Assembly: GCF_030144855.1 (NCBI RefSeq)
Contig: NC_082712.1
Coordinates: 13,268,001 to 13,332,000 of the forward strand
DNA from: Hypanus sabinus
Lineage: Eukaryota
Length of the DNA: 64,000 nucleotides
Reading direction: 5' to 3'
In this document: piece by piece, positions 35,106-48,384 of the stretch
Layout: each line of letters starts with the position of its first letter
Position numbering within the stretch: the stretch's first letter is position 1
The notes under the pieces: generated by a model
Seen by the model: the letters and a program-made list of their open reading frames with translations, nothing else
Told to the model about the DNA's origin: nothing
Database searches by the model: none
Position numbers and translations under genes: made by a program

Positions 35106-38100
35106 TCCACCGCAGGAGACTGAGAAGACCGGTTTTCCAACCACAAGGTGCAGACGCAACAAGATCCAACGAGAACACCATGTTCCACATGAAGAAATGT
35201 TATCTGTTTTTAATTGACCTCTTCCTACATTGACTCTACAACCTGTTGCAGAATTCTGGGCTGAACATGCCAAATATGTAGAACTGGAGAACGATCGTAG
35301 ATAGAGGCCTAATTAAGGCGGTGGTAAACGCTGCACAGACAGCAATCACTATTGGGCTGAGGACAGTGAGTGGGGCGTGTGGCCAATTGGTGAAGGCTTT
35401 GGGCTAGCGATCTGAAGGTCATTAGTTCGAGCCCCAGCTGAGGCAGTGTGCAACGCACTTAACCCCACACTGCTCCTGCACGTTTATAGCCCAGTGGCAG
35501 CAGTTGGTGTAGTATGGACAGGAGAAGACAGTGAGTAGGTGTGATGTCGACCTGAACTGGTCATCTTTTCTGAGTCTCAGTCTGGAAATTATCTTTGAGG
35601 GATTCTTAAACAAGGTCTCCCAAGTCATTTTGCTCAGCTGCTTTTTTTGTATTTTCTCTGTATTTTCTCCCCATTTAAAAAAAATAGTTAACCTTTCATT
35701 TATTCTGCCAATGTGTATGACCATACACTTACCGACAATGCATTCCATCTCCACTTCTTTCCCCATTCTCCTAATCTGTCTAGGTCCTTCTGTAGTCATT
35801 CCACTTCCTCAAACCCACCTTGCCTTCCACATATCTTCGTATCATCTGCAAAGTCTGCATCAAAGCCAACAATTCTATCATCCAAATCATTAACGTATAA
35901 TGTACAATGAATTGGTCCCAACACAGGCCCCTGTGCAACATCACGAGTTACCGGCAGGCACCCAGAAAAGGCTCCCTTCATGCGAGGGGATCTCAGTGGG
36001 CTAGGCAGCATCTATGGAAAAGAGTAAGCAGTCGATGTTTCTGGCTGGGACCCTTCATACCCTGATCTCTTTTATCCATGTTAGGATATTCGATGTAATA
36101 CCTTGGGCAATGAATTCCACAGATTCACTATACCCTGACTAGCGAAGTCCTCCTCATCTCTGTTTTAATAGGACACCCCTCTATTCGGAGACTGTCCCTT
36201 CTGGTCCTAGACTCGCCACTATAGGAAGCATCCTCTCACCATCTCCTCGATCTCGGCTTTTCGACAGAATGCAATGAGCTCACCCCCTCCTACTCTGCTA
36301 AACACCATCGAGAACAGACCCAGAATCATCACACTTTCCTCTTATGTTAACCCTCTCACTCCCTGAATCATTCTCGTGAACCTCTTCTGGAACATCTGCA
36401 ATGCCAGCCCATATTTTCTTAGAGAAGGGGCCCAAAACTGGTCACAATGCTCCATGGCCCCAAATATAGCAAGATGTAGTTTAAAGTTTGATGTGTGTGT
36501 GTGTGGGGACGAATGTATTGTGGAGTGGGCAGAGGTGCAGCTTATAAGAGTTGGCAAGTTTGATTTCCACAGAATATGGTGAGTGCATTAAGACACACTG
36601 TGCTGTTTTTTCTTTAAGTTCGAAGAAAAGTTTTGGGCCTATATCTCCAAAAAGATGTGCTTTCTTTGGAGAGAGTCCAGAGGAGGTTCACGAGGAGGAT
36701 TCCAGGAATGAAGGGGTTAACATACGAGTTCTGTTTGGCAGTTTTCTGCCTGTATTCGCTGGAATTTAGAAGGATGTGAGCAGATCTCATTGAAACCTAA
36801 CGAATGTTGAAAGGACTATATAGTGTGGATGTAGAGAGGATGTTTCCTCTGTAGCAGGTAACCAGAGCTAAGAGGCACAGTCCCTAAACTGAAGGGTGAC
36901 CTTGTAGAACAGAGGGAAGCAGGAATTTTTTAGCCAGAGTATAAACCTGTGGGATTCTCTGCCACAGACTGTGGTGGAGGCAGAGACTGGGGCATATTTA
37001 AAGCAAAAGATGATCGTTTCCTGCTCGGTCAGGGCATCAAATGATTTGGTGAGAAGGCAAGTGTATCTGGATCAGCATTGATGGAATGATGGAGCAGACT
37101 CAATGGGCTAAATGGTCTAATTCTGCTCCTGTGTCTTAATGTTTTATTATCTAATGATGAAGTGAAGTTGATGAAGTCATTCCCTTTGGTTCATGAGCCT
37201 GATGCTTGAGGGGTAATAAGTATTCCTGACCCTCGTTCTGTCAGTCCTGAGACCCCTGTACCTTCTTCTCAATGGCAGCAGTGAGAGGGAGCATGTCCTG
37301 GGTGGTCGGGGTCCCTGATGACAGATGCTACTTTCCTGCATCAGCCTCCTGTGTACATGTGTTCAATAGTGGGGAAGGCTGTACCCGTGAAGGACTCTGT
37401 CGTATCCATTACATTTGTATGATTTTCCGTTCAAGGGCATTGGTGTTTCCCTGTCAGGCTGTGACGCACCCGGTCAATGTACTCGCCACCACACATCTGT
37501 AGAAGTTTGCCAACGTTTTAGATGTCGTGCCGATACTTCGCAAACTCATAAAGAACAATACAGCACAGTACAGGCCATTCGGCCCACAATGATGTGCCAA
37601 CCCTTAAACCCTGCCTCCCATATAACCCTCCACCTTAAATTCCTCCATATACCTGTCTAGTAGTCTCTTAAATTTCACTAGTGTATATGCCTCCACCACT
37701 GACTCAGGCAGTGCATTCCATGCACCAACCACTCTGAGTGAAAAACCTTCCTCTAATATCCCCCTTGAACTTCCCTCCCCTTTACCTTAAAGCCATGTCC
37801 TCTTGTACTGAGCAGTGGTGCCCTGGGGAAGAGGCACTGGCTGTCCACTCTGTCTATTCCTCTAAATATCTTGTATAGAAGTAGAGGTGCCTTGCAATTT
37901 CACATAGGTGGCGGGTCCAGGGCCGATTCTCGGAGATAAAAACACGGAGGAATTTAGAGTTGCTGACCTTCTCCACCTCTGATCCTCCCATGAGTACTCG
38001 CTTATGGATCTCTTTGTTCCTCCTTCAGAAGTCAATACTCAGCTCCTTGGTCTTGGTGACATTGAGTAAGAGGTTTGTGTTACAGCAGCCTCCCTCGACA

Positions 38101-38761
38101 TTCCACCCTCGCCATTTCAAACATACTTTGCTCCTGCCAGATTCACAAACTCACTTTCTGCTTCATGCTGTCAAATACATTGCTGTGCTAAAGTCTTCGG
38201 CATCCCAGGTATAAGACTTTTGCACGCTACAGTATCTCAATGTTATAAGACTGTTGATAATTGTAAGTTTAGATGGTTTCTTGATCTCACAATTCATCCT
38301 GTCATGGCGTCGCACTTCCTGGTTTGCCTTATAATAGAAACATAGAAAACCTACAGCACAATACAGGCCCTTCGGCCCACAAAGTTGTGCCGAACATGTC
38401 CCTACCTTAGAAGTTACTAGATTACTAGGCTTACTCTGTTTTCCTAAACTCCATGTACCTATCCAAAAGTCTCTTAAAAGACCCTATCGTATCCATCTCC
38501 ACCACCGTTGCCGGCAGCCTGTTCTGTTGGTTAGGAAGTTCATTTAATCTATTTGCACACTGCAATGAACTGAACCTTTATTGTTAATCTGCTTGAAGCC
38601 TTTCCATCACAAGATGAAAAGAAAACCCCAGTTCAGTGAGCTGTACTTAGCAGGACATAGTGACACAGTAATTAGGGATCATTGCTTTATCAGAGGCGTC
38701 TTTTGTTGGAAAAACACTAACATTCATTTGAATATCCTACCTCTAAACATACGTATCTTTA

Positions 38762-39490
38762 CCTCCCCCCCCCCCCCCCCCGCTTTCTATAGGGATCGCT
38801 CCCTCCCCACTAATCTCGCTCCTGGCGCTTATCCCTGTAAGCAGCCTAAGTGTTGTACCTGCCCATATACCACCTCCCTTCAGGGCCCAAGGCAGTGCTT
38901 CCAGGTGGGACAACACTTCACCTGAATATCTGCTGGGGTTGTCTATTGTGTCCAGTGTGGCCCCAATGTGGCCTCTTCAACTTTGGTGAGACTCGTCGTA
39001 AATTGGGGGACCGCTTCAAAGAGTACCTCCGCTCCATTCGCCAGAAGAGGAACTTTACGATGGCTGAACATTTTAATTGTATTCCCATTCCTGTTCTGAT
39101 GTGTCGTTCCATGGTTTCCTCTTGTGCCGTGATGAGATCCCCCTCAGGGCAGAGCAGCGACACCTTATATTCCGCCTGGGTAAGCTCCAACCCGAATACA
39201 TGAATATCGATTTCTCCTTCCGGTAAATCAATTCTACCCTAACCTCCATCTTCCTCTATTCCCCACTCTGACCATTTTACCTCCTCTCAACTATTACTCC
39301 ACCCGCCCCCCCACCGAGTCTCCTCCTTCCCTTTTTTCTATGGTCCACTCTCCTGTCCCATCAGATTCCTTTGTCGGCTCTTGACCTTCCCCAGCCATTT
39401 GGCTTCACCGCTCAGCTTCCTGCTGGCCCTCCCCTACCCCCACCTTTACACTCTGGCACCTTCCCCCCTTCCTTCCCAGTCCTGAAGAAT
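38762..39490 (+). mobile_element. Penelope-like GIY-YIG end fragment
   Basis: PGAYPCKQPKCCTCPY; GLFNFGETRRKLGDRFKEYLRSI..AEHFN. Confidence 0.75.
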
Positions 39491-39868
39491 GCTCATGACA
39501 TTTTGCCATACTAGTTGGTTTCCTTTCTGATTGGATTTGTACTTGTGGTTTCATTGGAATTGTTCTTCAGGGGTATAAATTTGCTTCATCTCTGATAATA
39601 AATTTTGTCCTGTAAAATGTTTTCCAGTATTTTCCCTTCCACTCTTGAACGATTCACAAACACAGCGGCTGAGCTTAGAATGTGGATCAGTGCTGTGATG
39701 TTGCGCCCATTAAAGATACTTCGATGGCTCGGGGCAGGAATGGCTACTTCGAATGCCAGGCTTTAGATGTTTCCGAAAGGACAGGGGAGGAGGAAAGAGA
39801 GATGAAGGCGTGACACTGCTGATCGGAGATAGTGACACGGCTGCAGAGAAGGAGGAAGTCATGGAGGG

Positions 39869-41240
39869 TGTCATAATGTGGGGGCAAGGGTGCTGGGGAA
39901 GGACCCAAATGCAGGACACAAACACATTTTGTCGGGTTAACTAAATAGAGTTTATTACTACTTACAAGGAGAGCCGGGACGAAAGGATAGAACAGAGAGA
40001 AATCAAGGAGAGCAAAGTGGAACCGGGAATAGGTGTAATGGACAAGGACTCAGGCCCTGGACTAGGCTGGGACTCAGGGTCTGGGCTAGGACTTGGAACT
40101 CGGACATCGCAACCAGGACTCGGATCGTGGACCTTGGAGCCAGGACGCGATACTTAAACACAGGACATTGAGCAGTGAGCCAGGACTCCTTAGACGCAGT
40201 ATATGGAGCCGGAACTCTTATTCACCGGACAGACTCAGACACAGGATAAAAAGCATTGAGCCGGGAATCCTCCTTAGACACAGGACGGAGTCGGGACTCT
40301 TCTTGACACAGTGTCAGGACGCCTTTGAAACACAGGGCATGGATACGGAGACCACACAACGATAGTCGGTACTATAACTGGGCACAAGTTTGCCCCAAGC
40401 AGCGGTGAGCTCTTGACTCACCCTGGCGGGTTAACCTTGCCGGACCTGCTCGGGCTTGCTGGTACTTCCTTCAGGAGGAGACGTGGCTTGCTCCGGCTAG
40501 ATGACTTTGACTCACACCAACTTCGTTAACACTCACTCGCTGAACGGCTGAAGCCGGAAACTTATAAACTGCCGGTTCGGTCGCGAGTAAATTGCCTTTA
40601 ATCACCAAGCCCAAGGGACACGGGAAAACCAGGAATTAAAGGGAAATAAGGATCCAACGGTCGGATCGTAACACAAACAAGGTAAATTTAAAGTGAACAC
40701 AATCCGGACCCTGACAGTATCCACCCCCCAATGGGAGCCTCCAGGCGACCAACAGGTTTGCCCGGATTATCAATGACCCGGGTGGTGAAGGGGGTTTTGG
40801 TCGGCGGGCAAGACAGAACAACACCTTGCCCTTATATAACTGACGTATTTACCCCGTGGCTAAAGTGATAACTGGGACTTTGAGTCACTGTCTTGAATTG
40901 CACTCTGTGCGGGATTCTGGCTGACGAGAGTTTGAAAAAACAGTGTTTGTGTCTGCTGGGTCCATGTTCGGCGAGAGCGCTCTGTCACAATGTAGGAGCA
41001 AGGCTGCTGGGGAAGGACCCTGATGCACCATCAATAACTCTCGGAGACTGGAAGTGAACGATAGGCTTCTATTAGCAGCAAGAGGGAGCACGACATCTCG
41101 GAGACTGAGGGAGGAGCAGTGCCCCAATCGCCTCTATACAGGGGTCTGTGGGAGAAGCCACAGGAGCAGTCAGCAGAGGGGCGTGTCCAGACAGGTATAC
41201 ATAGTTTACCACAGACCCTGATGCAGGGCACAAACAAAGA
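39869..41240 (-). mobile_element. Internally deleted Gypsy (chromovirus-like) LTR element: 3' LTR 39869-40716, PPT, ~265 bp internal remnant, partial 5' LTR from 40983
   Basis: On the - strand: ..TGACA|GAGCGCTCTCGCCGAAC-ATG GAC CCA GCA (gag start MDPA at 40965); integrase-tail-like CPPTKTPFTTRVID..GRLEAPIGG; PPT GGGGGGTGGATAC|TGTCA. Confidence 0.7.
41021..41213 (-). mobile_element. Short solo LTR (193 bp), TSD GACCC, inserted in another LTR
   Basis: Closely similar to 3034-3229 (high-80s % by eye). GACCC at 41016-41020 and 41214-41218. Confidence 0.85.
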
Positions 41241-42879
41241 ATGTTTACGTTCTCGCGATGTAGATTACACGTTTTTATCGATGCACAATAGAAAGCATTG
41301 CTTATATAATGCTTTGCTGTGGGAATTATTCTGCATGAAACCATAGGAATCCGTAGACACAGCTCAGCTCATCTCAGGAACCAGCTTCCCCTCTGCGGAC
41401 TTCGGCTCGGTAAAGGGCCAGCAGAACCAGACAGCCCGAATACCCCGGAGGTCCTCTCATCTGTCCTCTCCAGATGCCAGAGCCTGAAATCACCGACCAC
41501 CAGGCTCAAGGTCAGCTTCGATGGGACATCTCAATGGACCAATTGTGAAATAAGCCTCTTGCCCTGACAACAGTTGAACAGTACAACACATGAGCAGGCC
41601 AATCGGTCCATCTAGTCTATGCTGAACAATTGTGCTGCCTAGTCCCATGGAAATTCAGTGGTACCACAGCCCTTCACACCCCTCACATCCGCATTAGGGG
41701 GTGAAATTGACCCCGCATCCACTACTTACGCTGGCAGTCCATCCACGTTCTCACCACATACTGAGTAAAAAACATTCCCTCATGTTCACTCTGAACATTT
41801 CACCCTTCACCCGGTATCCTGACTTCTAGTTCTGATCGCGCTCGTCCTCCGGGGGAAAGGCCTCCTTGCATTTACCCTGTCCATAACACTTGGAATTTCA
41901 CAGATCCTGCAAACCGAAAGCAGCATGCACAAAATGCAGGAGGAACACAGCAGGACAGGCATCGTCCGTGACAATGAACAAACCGTCGCATTTCGGGACG
42001 GGAATGGAAGGCGGAAGGCTCCAGAATGAACATGTGGATTGAGGGGAAGAAGGATAGCTGGAAAGTAATCGGTGGTGGTTGGGAACGACAAAGGGCAGAA
42101 GGAGAAATCAACATTCATGCCTTTAGGTTGGAGGCTTCGCAGATGGAATATAATGTGTTGCTCCTCATCTTGAGGGTGGCTTCATTGTGACAGAAAAAGA
42201 GGCCATAGACTGAGATGTCAGAACGGGTTGGAAATCAGATTTCAAATGTTGTGTCACTTGGAGGTTCTGCTTTTGGCGGATGGATGGACCTGTTCTATTC
42301 CTCTCATAGCTTTGTATCGCTCTATCAAATGTCCTCTTATTCTCCTGCGCTTCAGACAATAAGGTCCTAACGTATGTAACTTTTCCCTGTAGCTCAGGTC
42401 CCCAAGACCAACACATCTTGTCATATTTTTATGACCATATAACCATATAACAATCACAGCATGGAAACAGGCCATCTTGGCCCTCCTAGTCCGTGCCGAA
42501 CCCTTAATCTCACCTAGTCCCACCTACCCGCACTCAACCCATAACCCTCCACTCCTTTCCTGTCCATATACCTATCCAATTTTACCTTAAATGACACAAC
42601 TGAACTGGCCTCTACTACTTCTACAGGAAGCTCATTCCACTCTTTCAAACTTATTGATATCTTGGCTACAGGAGGGTGACCAGAAATGCACAAATACTCA
42701 CTTACATCTGATACAACTTGAACATAACATGCCAATTCTAGTACTCAATACTTTGATTTGTGAGGACCAACGTGCCAAAATCTCTTTGGTCTTCAGGGTA
42801 TATCAATGTGATGTATTTTTGGATTTGTGAAATTCCTTCAGTATCTCTGATCATTACAATTGTGACAAGTGCAGCCAGC

Positions 42880-45800
42880 TGCAGCTTCTAACAATCCGTG
42901 TTAAGGAGTTGGAGTGGAATTGGATGAACTCTGGTCATTCGAAAGGCTGAAGGGATGATAGATAGGACATGTAGTGAGGTAGTTACACACAAGGGCAAGG
43001 TCATAGGGAAGTGGGTGACAGTCAGGAAATAGAAAGGGGTAAAGGAGCCAGTGCAGAGTACCCCTGTGGCCACCCCCCTCAAAATCAGGTTTATTACTTT
43101 GGACACTATGGGGGCGGGGTGGGGGAGGAATATGACCTCGCAGTGGAAATTCGCAGCGGGCGTTTCTCTGTCACTGAGTCTGGCTCTGTGACACAGAAGG
43201 GTTGTACGGAGATAAGGCACCCTGTGTTGTTAGGGATTCGTTAGTTAGTGGAGCAGACAGGAGTCTCTGTGGGTGAAAAAGAGATTCCCGATGGTATGTG
43301 GCTTCCCGGCTGCCAGGTTCCGGGGCATCTCGGATCAAGTTCTCTGCAATCTGAATTGGGAGAGTGAACACCCAGAGGTTGTGATCCATGCAGGTACCAA
43401 GGACGAGTGACGAGTTCTGCACAGGGGGTTCAGAAAGTTAATTGCTAAGTTAAAGGGCAGGACCTCCAAGGTTGTGATCCTAGGATTGGTATTCGTGTCA
43501 CGGGCTAGTGACACCAGAACTAGATAATTATACAGTTTAACACGTAGGTAAGGAGTTGATGTAGGAGTGAAGGATCACTGGGATCTCTTTGAAGGAAAGT
43601 GGACTGGTATAGAAGGGAGGGTTGGCACCTAAACTGGTGTGGAACTAACATCCCAGCGTGAAGGATTGTTAATGGTGCATGGTGGTATTTAAATTAGAAT
43701 TGCAGTGGAATGGAAAATAGAGTGCCAGAACAATTAGTGGAGAGGTTGTGGAAACAGATGTTGAAAAACCTCAAAGTCGAGAATCAAAAAGTTCAGCATG
43801 GTGCGACTATGTCCTGAGCGGCGTATATTTCAATGCAAGAAGCATCATAATGTAGGTGGATGAGTTCAGGCTATGGATCAGATCCTGGAATTATGACATT
43901 GTAGCCATGAGAGAAACTTGGTTGCAGGAGGGGCAGAACTGGCACCCTAACATTCAGGGGTTTTGTTGTTTTAGACATAACAGAGTGGGAAGGGTTAAAG
44001 GAGGAAGCGTGGAGTTACTAGTCAGAGCAAATGTCAGGGCAGTGGGACATCAGGATAGACTGGTGAACTCGTCTGGAGAGGCGTTATGGGTGGAACTGAG
44101 AGATAAGAAGTTATGACCACGTTAATGGGGCGATATTACAGACCATCTGACAGTCTGCGGGATTTAGATGTAAAGAGATCGCAGACTGTTGCAATAAACA
44201 TAAGGTTGGTATTGGAGGTGATTTTGCATTTCCACTTATTGACTGGGGATCCCATGGCATAAAAGGACTAGATAGGATAAAGTTTGTGTTCAAGAAAGTT
44301 ATCTTCATCAGTACGTGGAAGTCCCAATGAGAGCGTGTGATAGGATCTGCTGTTAGGGAATAAGATAGGACAGGTGACAGAAGTTTCTGTAGGGGAACAC
44401 TGCATTTAGCCACCTTAAAGCCATTAGCTTGTTTCAACATTTTGAAGGGATAATGAGGCCCGGGTTAAGAGAAAGAAAGAAGGTGCATAGCAGGAAAACG
44501 AAGGAATGTCACAGTCCAGTCCGCGGACTCTGGGCTCCGGGTCTTCCGGCTGTCCCTTGTTTTGGTTGGACTTAACCATGAGCAGCTGATGCTCATCTTG
44601 GGGATGGGTACTTAAGTGGCCCTGGGATTGAGTGTGTTTGGGTGGTTGTCTTGTCAAGATTCCCTGGGAGCAAATGGCTGGTGGAAGGCTAGAACAGCTA
44701 CTTGCCAGCTTTAGGCCATGTTGGAGAACCATGGCTTCTTGGAGTCTTGCTGTCATTGCAGTATGGATTCAGCTGCTTCCTGGGCCAGCTGGGTGGCTGT
44801 CAGCCTCTCTGAGCTAGGTAGGGATCTGGTTGTTTCTGTAGCCAGTGGAGGTTGATGGCTGTAACTAGGACTTGGAGCAGCCCTGATGCAGAGATGGAAC
44901 TGTCTGTTGTTCTTTGATGTTTGTCTCTTCCTGTCTTCACCCTGTGGGGTCAGTCAGGCTGTTCTGCCATTGCCCTGTGGGATGATCTGTCTTGTTTTCT
45001 CCTCTGTGGGGTAATTCAGGCTGTTCTGCTGTTGCCCTGCAGATGGAATCTGTCTTGTTTTGTCTTTGCCTCCATTGGGTAAGTCTGGCTGTTCTGATGG
45101 GTGGACCTGTCCTGCCTTGGTGTGGAGTGAAAGTTGAGTCCTGGCTTGTTGAAGGATAGGTCCTGGCTCTGTGTCTATGTACTGTCCAATCTCATGATTG
45201 TGTCTTGTTAAAGAGGAGTCCCAGCTTGTTGATGGATAAGCCCTGGCTTTATGTTGATGTACGGTTCCGAGTCTGCCTTCAAGAGCCCAGCCTCGAGCCA
45301 CGAGCCTCAAGCTCCAAGAAACCAGGCCTGGTCCTGCTTCCCTAGCCTGGTCTGCAACCTGTCCTGTCCTTTAGTTTTGTCCCGTCCCGTTCCTAGTACT
45401 TCAGTGTCTGTGTCCTGCATTTGGGTCCATTCCCAAAGCCCCCCATATGACAAGGAAGGAACAAATGAGAAGTTTATGGAGTAGCAGTAATGCAAGAGAC
45501 ACATAAGCAAGTAATCAGGGAGGCTAAAAGAAGGCATGACGTTACTCTAGCAGGAACAGAGAAGCAAAATCCTAGGGGTTTTAGTGATATGTTAAAAGCA
45601 AAAGGATTGCAATGTACAAAATATCCTCTGGAGGGCCAGATTGCTAATTAATCTGTGGAGCAAAAACAAATGGTGGAGATTTTAATTACTTTTTGCACCT
45701 GCATTTACTTGAGATGTGGACACAGATTCTATAGAAGTGAAGCAAAACACATTAACTTCATGGGTCCTGTACAGATTGCAGAGTCGGTGTTTGCTATCCT

Positions 45801-47200
45801 GAGGCAAATCAGGGTGGATAAATCCCCAGGGCCTTACAAGGTATTCCCTCAGACCCTAAGCGATGCAAACGCAGAAATTGCCGGAGACCTAGCAGAGATA
45901 TTTACATCATCATTAGTGTCGGGAAAAGTACCAGAGGATTGTAGGATACCTATGTTCCGCTGTTTTTAAAGGTTCCAAATATTAACCATCAAATTATAGT
46001 CCAGTGATTCTGACATCAGTTGTGGGAAAGCTAAAGGAGGGTATTCTAAGGGGACTGGCCATGTAAGTATTTCGATAGAAATGGACTGATTAAGGTTAGT
46101 CAGCACGGGTTCATGCATGGTAGGTTATGTCTAATCAATTTGGTCGAGTTTTTTGAGGACATTACCGAAAAATTTGAAGAAGGCAAGGCAGTGGATGTTG
46201 TCTACATTGACTTCAGTAAAACCTTTGACAAAGTCCCACATGGGAGACTGGTCAGAATGGTACAGATGATGTCCATCCAAGATGATGTAATAAATCGGAT
46301 TTGAGGCAGATGCCAGAGAGTTGTAGTAGATGGTTAGCTCTCTGACTGGAGGTCTGTAGCTAGTGGAGTGCCGCAGTGTTCAGTGCCGGGCCCTTTGTTG
46401 TGTCAGTGATCTGGATGGTATTGTGGTTAACTGGATCAGCAAATTTGCGGATGACACCAAGAATGGGGTTGTAGTGGACAGTGGGGAAAGTTATCAGGGC
46501 TTGCAAAAAAATCTTTGAAAAAAGATTCTGGGAATATTGGTCCATAATTCATTGAAAGTGTCACAAGTATAAAGGCTGTAAATAAGACTTCTGCTACATT
46601 GGCCTTTGTACATAAATGTATTGAGTACAGGAGATGGAATGTTATGTCGAGGTTGTATAAGTATTTGGTAAAGCCTGCGTGCAGTTTCACTCAACTACTT
46701 ACCAGAGAGAAGTAAATAAGGTCGAAAGAATACGGAGAAAATTTACAAAGATGTTGCCAGGTCTGAAGGACCTGGTTTGTAAGGAAACATTGAATGGGTT
46801 ACTTTATTCATTAGAATGTAGAAGATTGAGAGGAGGCTTGATAGAGGTATACAACATTTTGAGGGTATAGACAGTGTTAATGTAAGCAGGCTTTTCCCAC
46901 TGAGGTTCGGTGGGGCTACAACCACAGATCATGTGTTAAGGGTGAAAGGTGAATAGTTTAAGGGGTACATGAGGGGAAACTTCTTCACTCAGAGGGCCGT
47001 GAGTGTGTGGAACGAGCTGCCAGTACAAGTGGTGCATGCAACCGCGATTTCAATGTTTCAGAGAGAAGTTTAGATGGGTACATGGATGCCGATGGCCCCG
47101 GTGCAACTCGAAAGGAATAAGCAGTTAAAATGGTTTCAGTATGGACTAGATGGGCCAAAGGGCCTGTTTATGTGCTGTACTTCTCTATGACACTAATGGA
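42880..47200 (+). mobile_element. Degenerate CR1 LINE interrupted by a solo LTR
   Basis: WIRSWNYDIVAMRETWLQ; GRLCLINLVEFFEDIT..VVYIDFSKTFDKVPH; CR1 3' tail ~47100-47190. Confidence 0.8.
44507..45452 (+). mobile_element. Solo LTR, 946 bp, TSD AGGAA; related to the 39869-40716 LTR
   Basis: TGTCACAG...ATATGACA termini. AGGAA at 44502-44506 and 45453-45457. It shares the gtgtcctgcatttgggtcc end motif. Confidence 0.85.
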
Positions 47201-48384
47201 GTAAAGATCCCTTACTATAGTTATGTGAGGGACTGTCAAGTGTTCATCTGGGGTATAATGTTCCCCCTCGTGTGCATGTGTCCACGCACACACATCTTCT
47301 GCTACTGACACACAGAGGAATTTAAACTGCGCTCAGAAGGTTGTCACCCTCTCCCTTGCTGGCATGTTAAGTATATTCCACGATCATACACGGTCACATT
47401 TCCTTTTCCAGTTTCTGAGGCGGACGGAGTTGACAACATGGGGTTTGCAATTATTTATCTCCAGATTTTAGAACGGGCTTAGTTATACTATTTTTTATTG
47501 ACGAAATTATTCACAGCACACAGGTTGCCGTCACTGGCCAAAGAAAAAATTTCCACACACTGGTCATTACAAATGAAAGGGAACTTTACCCAGTGGGGTA
47601 ATATGCAGAAGATCGGAAAGTCAGTCGGAATATGGTAGAGCGGAAGGACAATAATTTGTCATGGTTTTAAATAAGGGAGTGTTTGAAAACTGGAGTACAA
47701 TATACTCTATCTATCTATCTCCAGGGGCGTTTCAGGAGAATGATTCCTGGAATGAAATGGTTAATGTATGAGGAACATCTGACAGCTCTGGGCCTGCCGC
47801 TGGAGTTTAGAAAAATGTGGGGGTGTGGGGGGGTGGGGAGCGGGTGGTCCCATTGAAACTTATCGAATGTGGAAAGGCCTGCATAGAATGGATGAGGAGA
47901 GTGTTCATATAGCGGGGGAGTCAAGAACCAGAGGGAACAGCCTCAGAAACCGGGACGTCCCTTAGAACGGAGATGAGGAGGAATTTATTTAGCCAGATGG
48001 TGGTGGATATGCGGAATACATTGACGTAGATGACTGCGGAGGTTTACGGCGAGATGACGGGAGAATGGTTGAGAGGGATAACTAACCAGCCATAATGGAA
48101 TGGGGAGCAGACCTGTTGGGCCGAATGGACAGGTTTGCTCCTATATCTTATAATCTATGATCTGACTCCAGGCTAAACTTCCTGTTCTAATGTTTAATTC
48201 ATGTCACTGTGATCTCCACATTCTTAGTAATATCCTTTTCTTCTTCTTTCACATACACGTTATCTTCCGTAGCTCCGTCAGGGTAAATCTGCTACATTAT
48301 ATGTATGTCTCGACACCTACAGATTTCAGTCAGTCTCTCCCCCTTTCCCTGAGTCTGGATTGACTTGTCTCACTTTCTCTTCAG

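Noticed and set aside
47395-47530. Acceptor-like tttccttttccag at ~47410 in non-repetitive sequence, as a candidate extra exon before the duplicate TM
   Set aside because: The phase-1 frame reaches a stop after ~23 codons, there is no good donor, and no Ig motifs are present.
35200-47900. Search for V or C2 exons belonging to the duplicate TM module
   Set aside because: No LPC/W/YxC pattern was found by eye or in the ORF track. A highly decayed exon cannot be excluded without TBLASTN.
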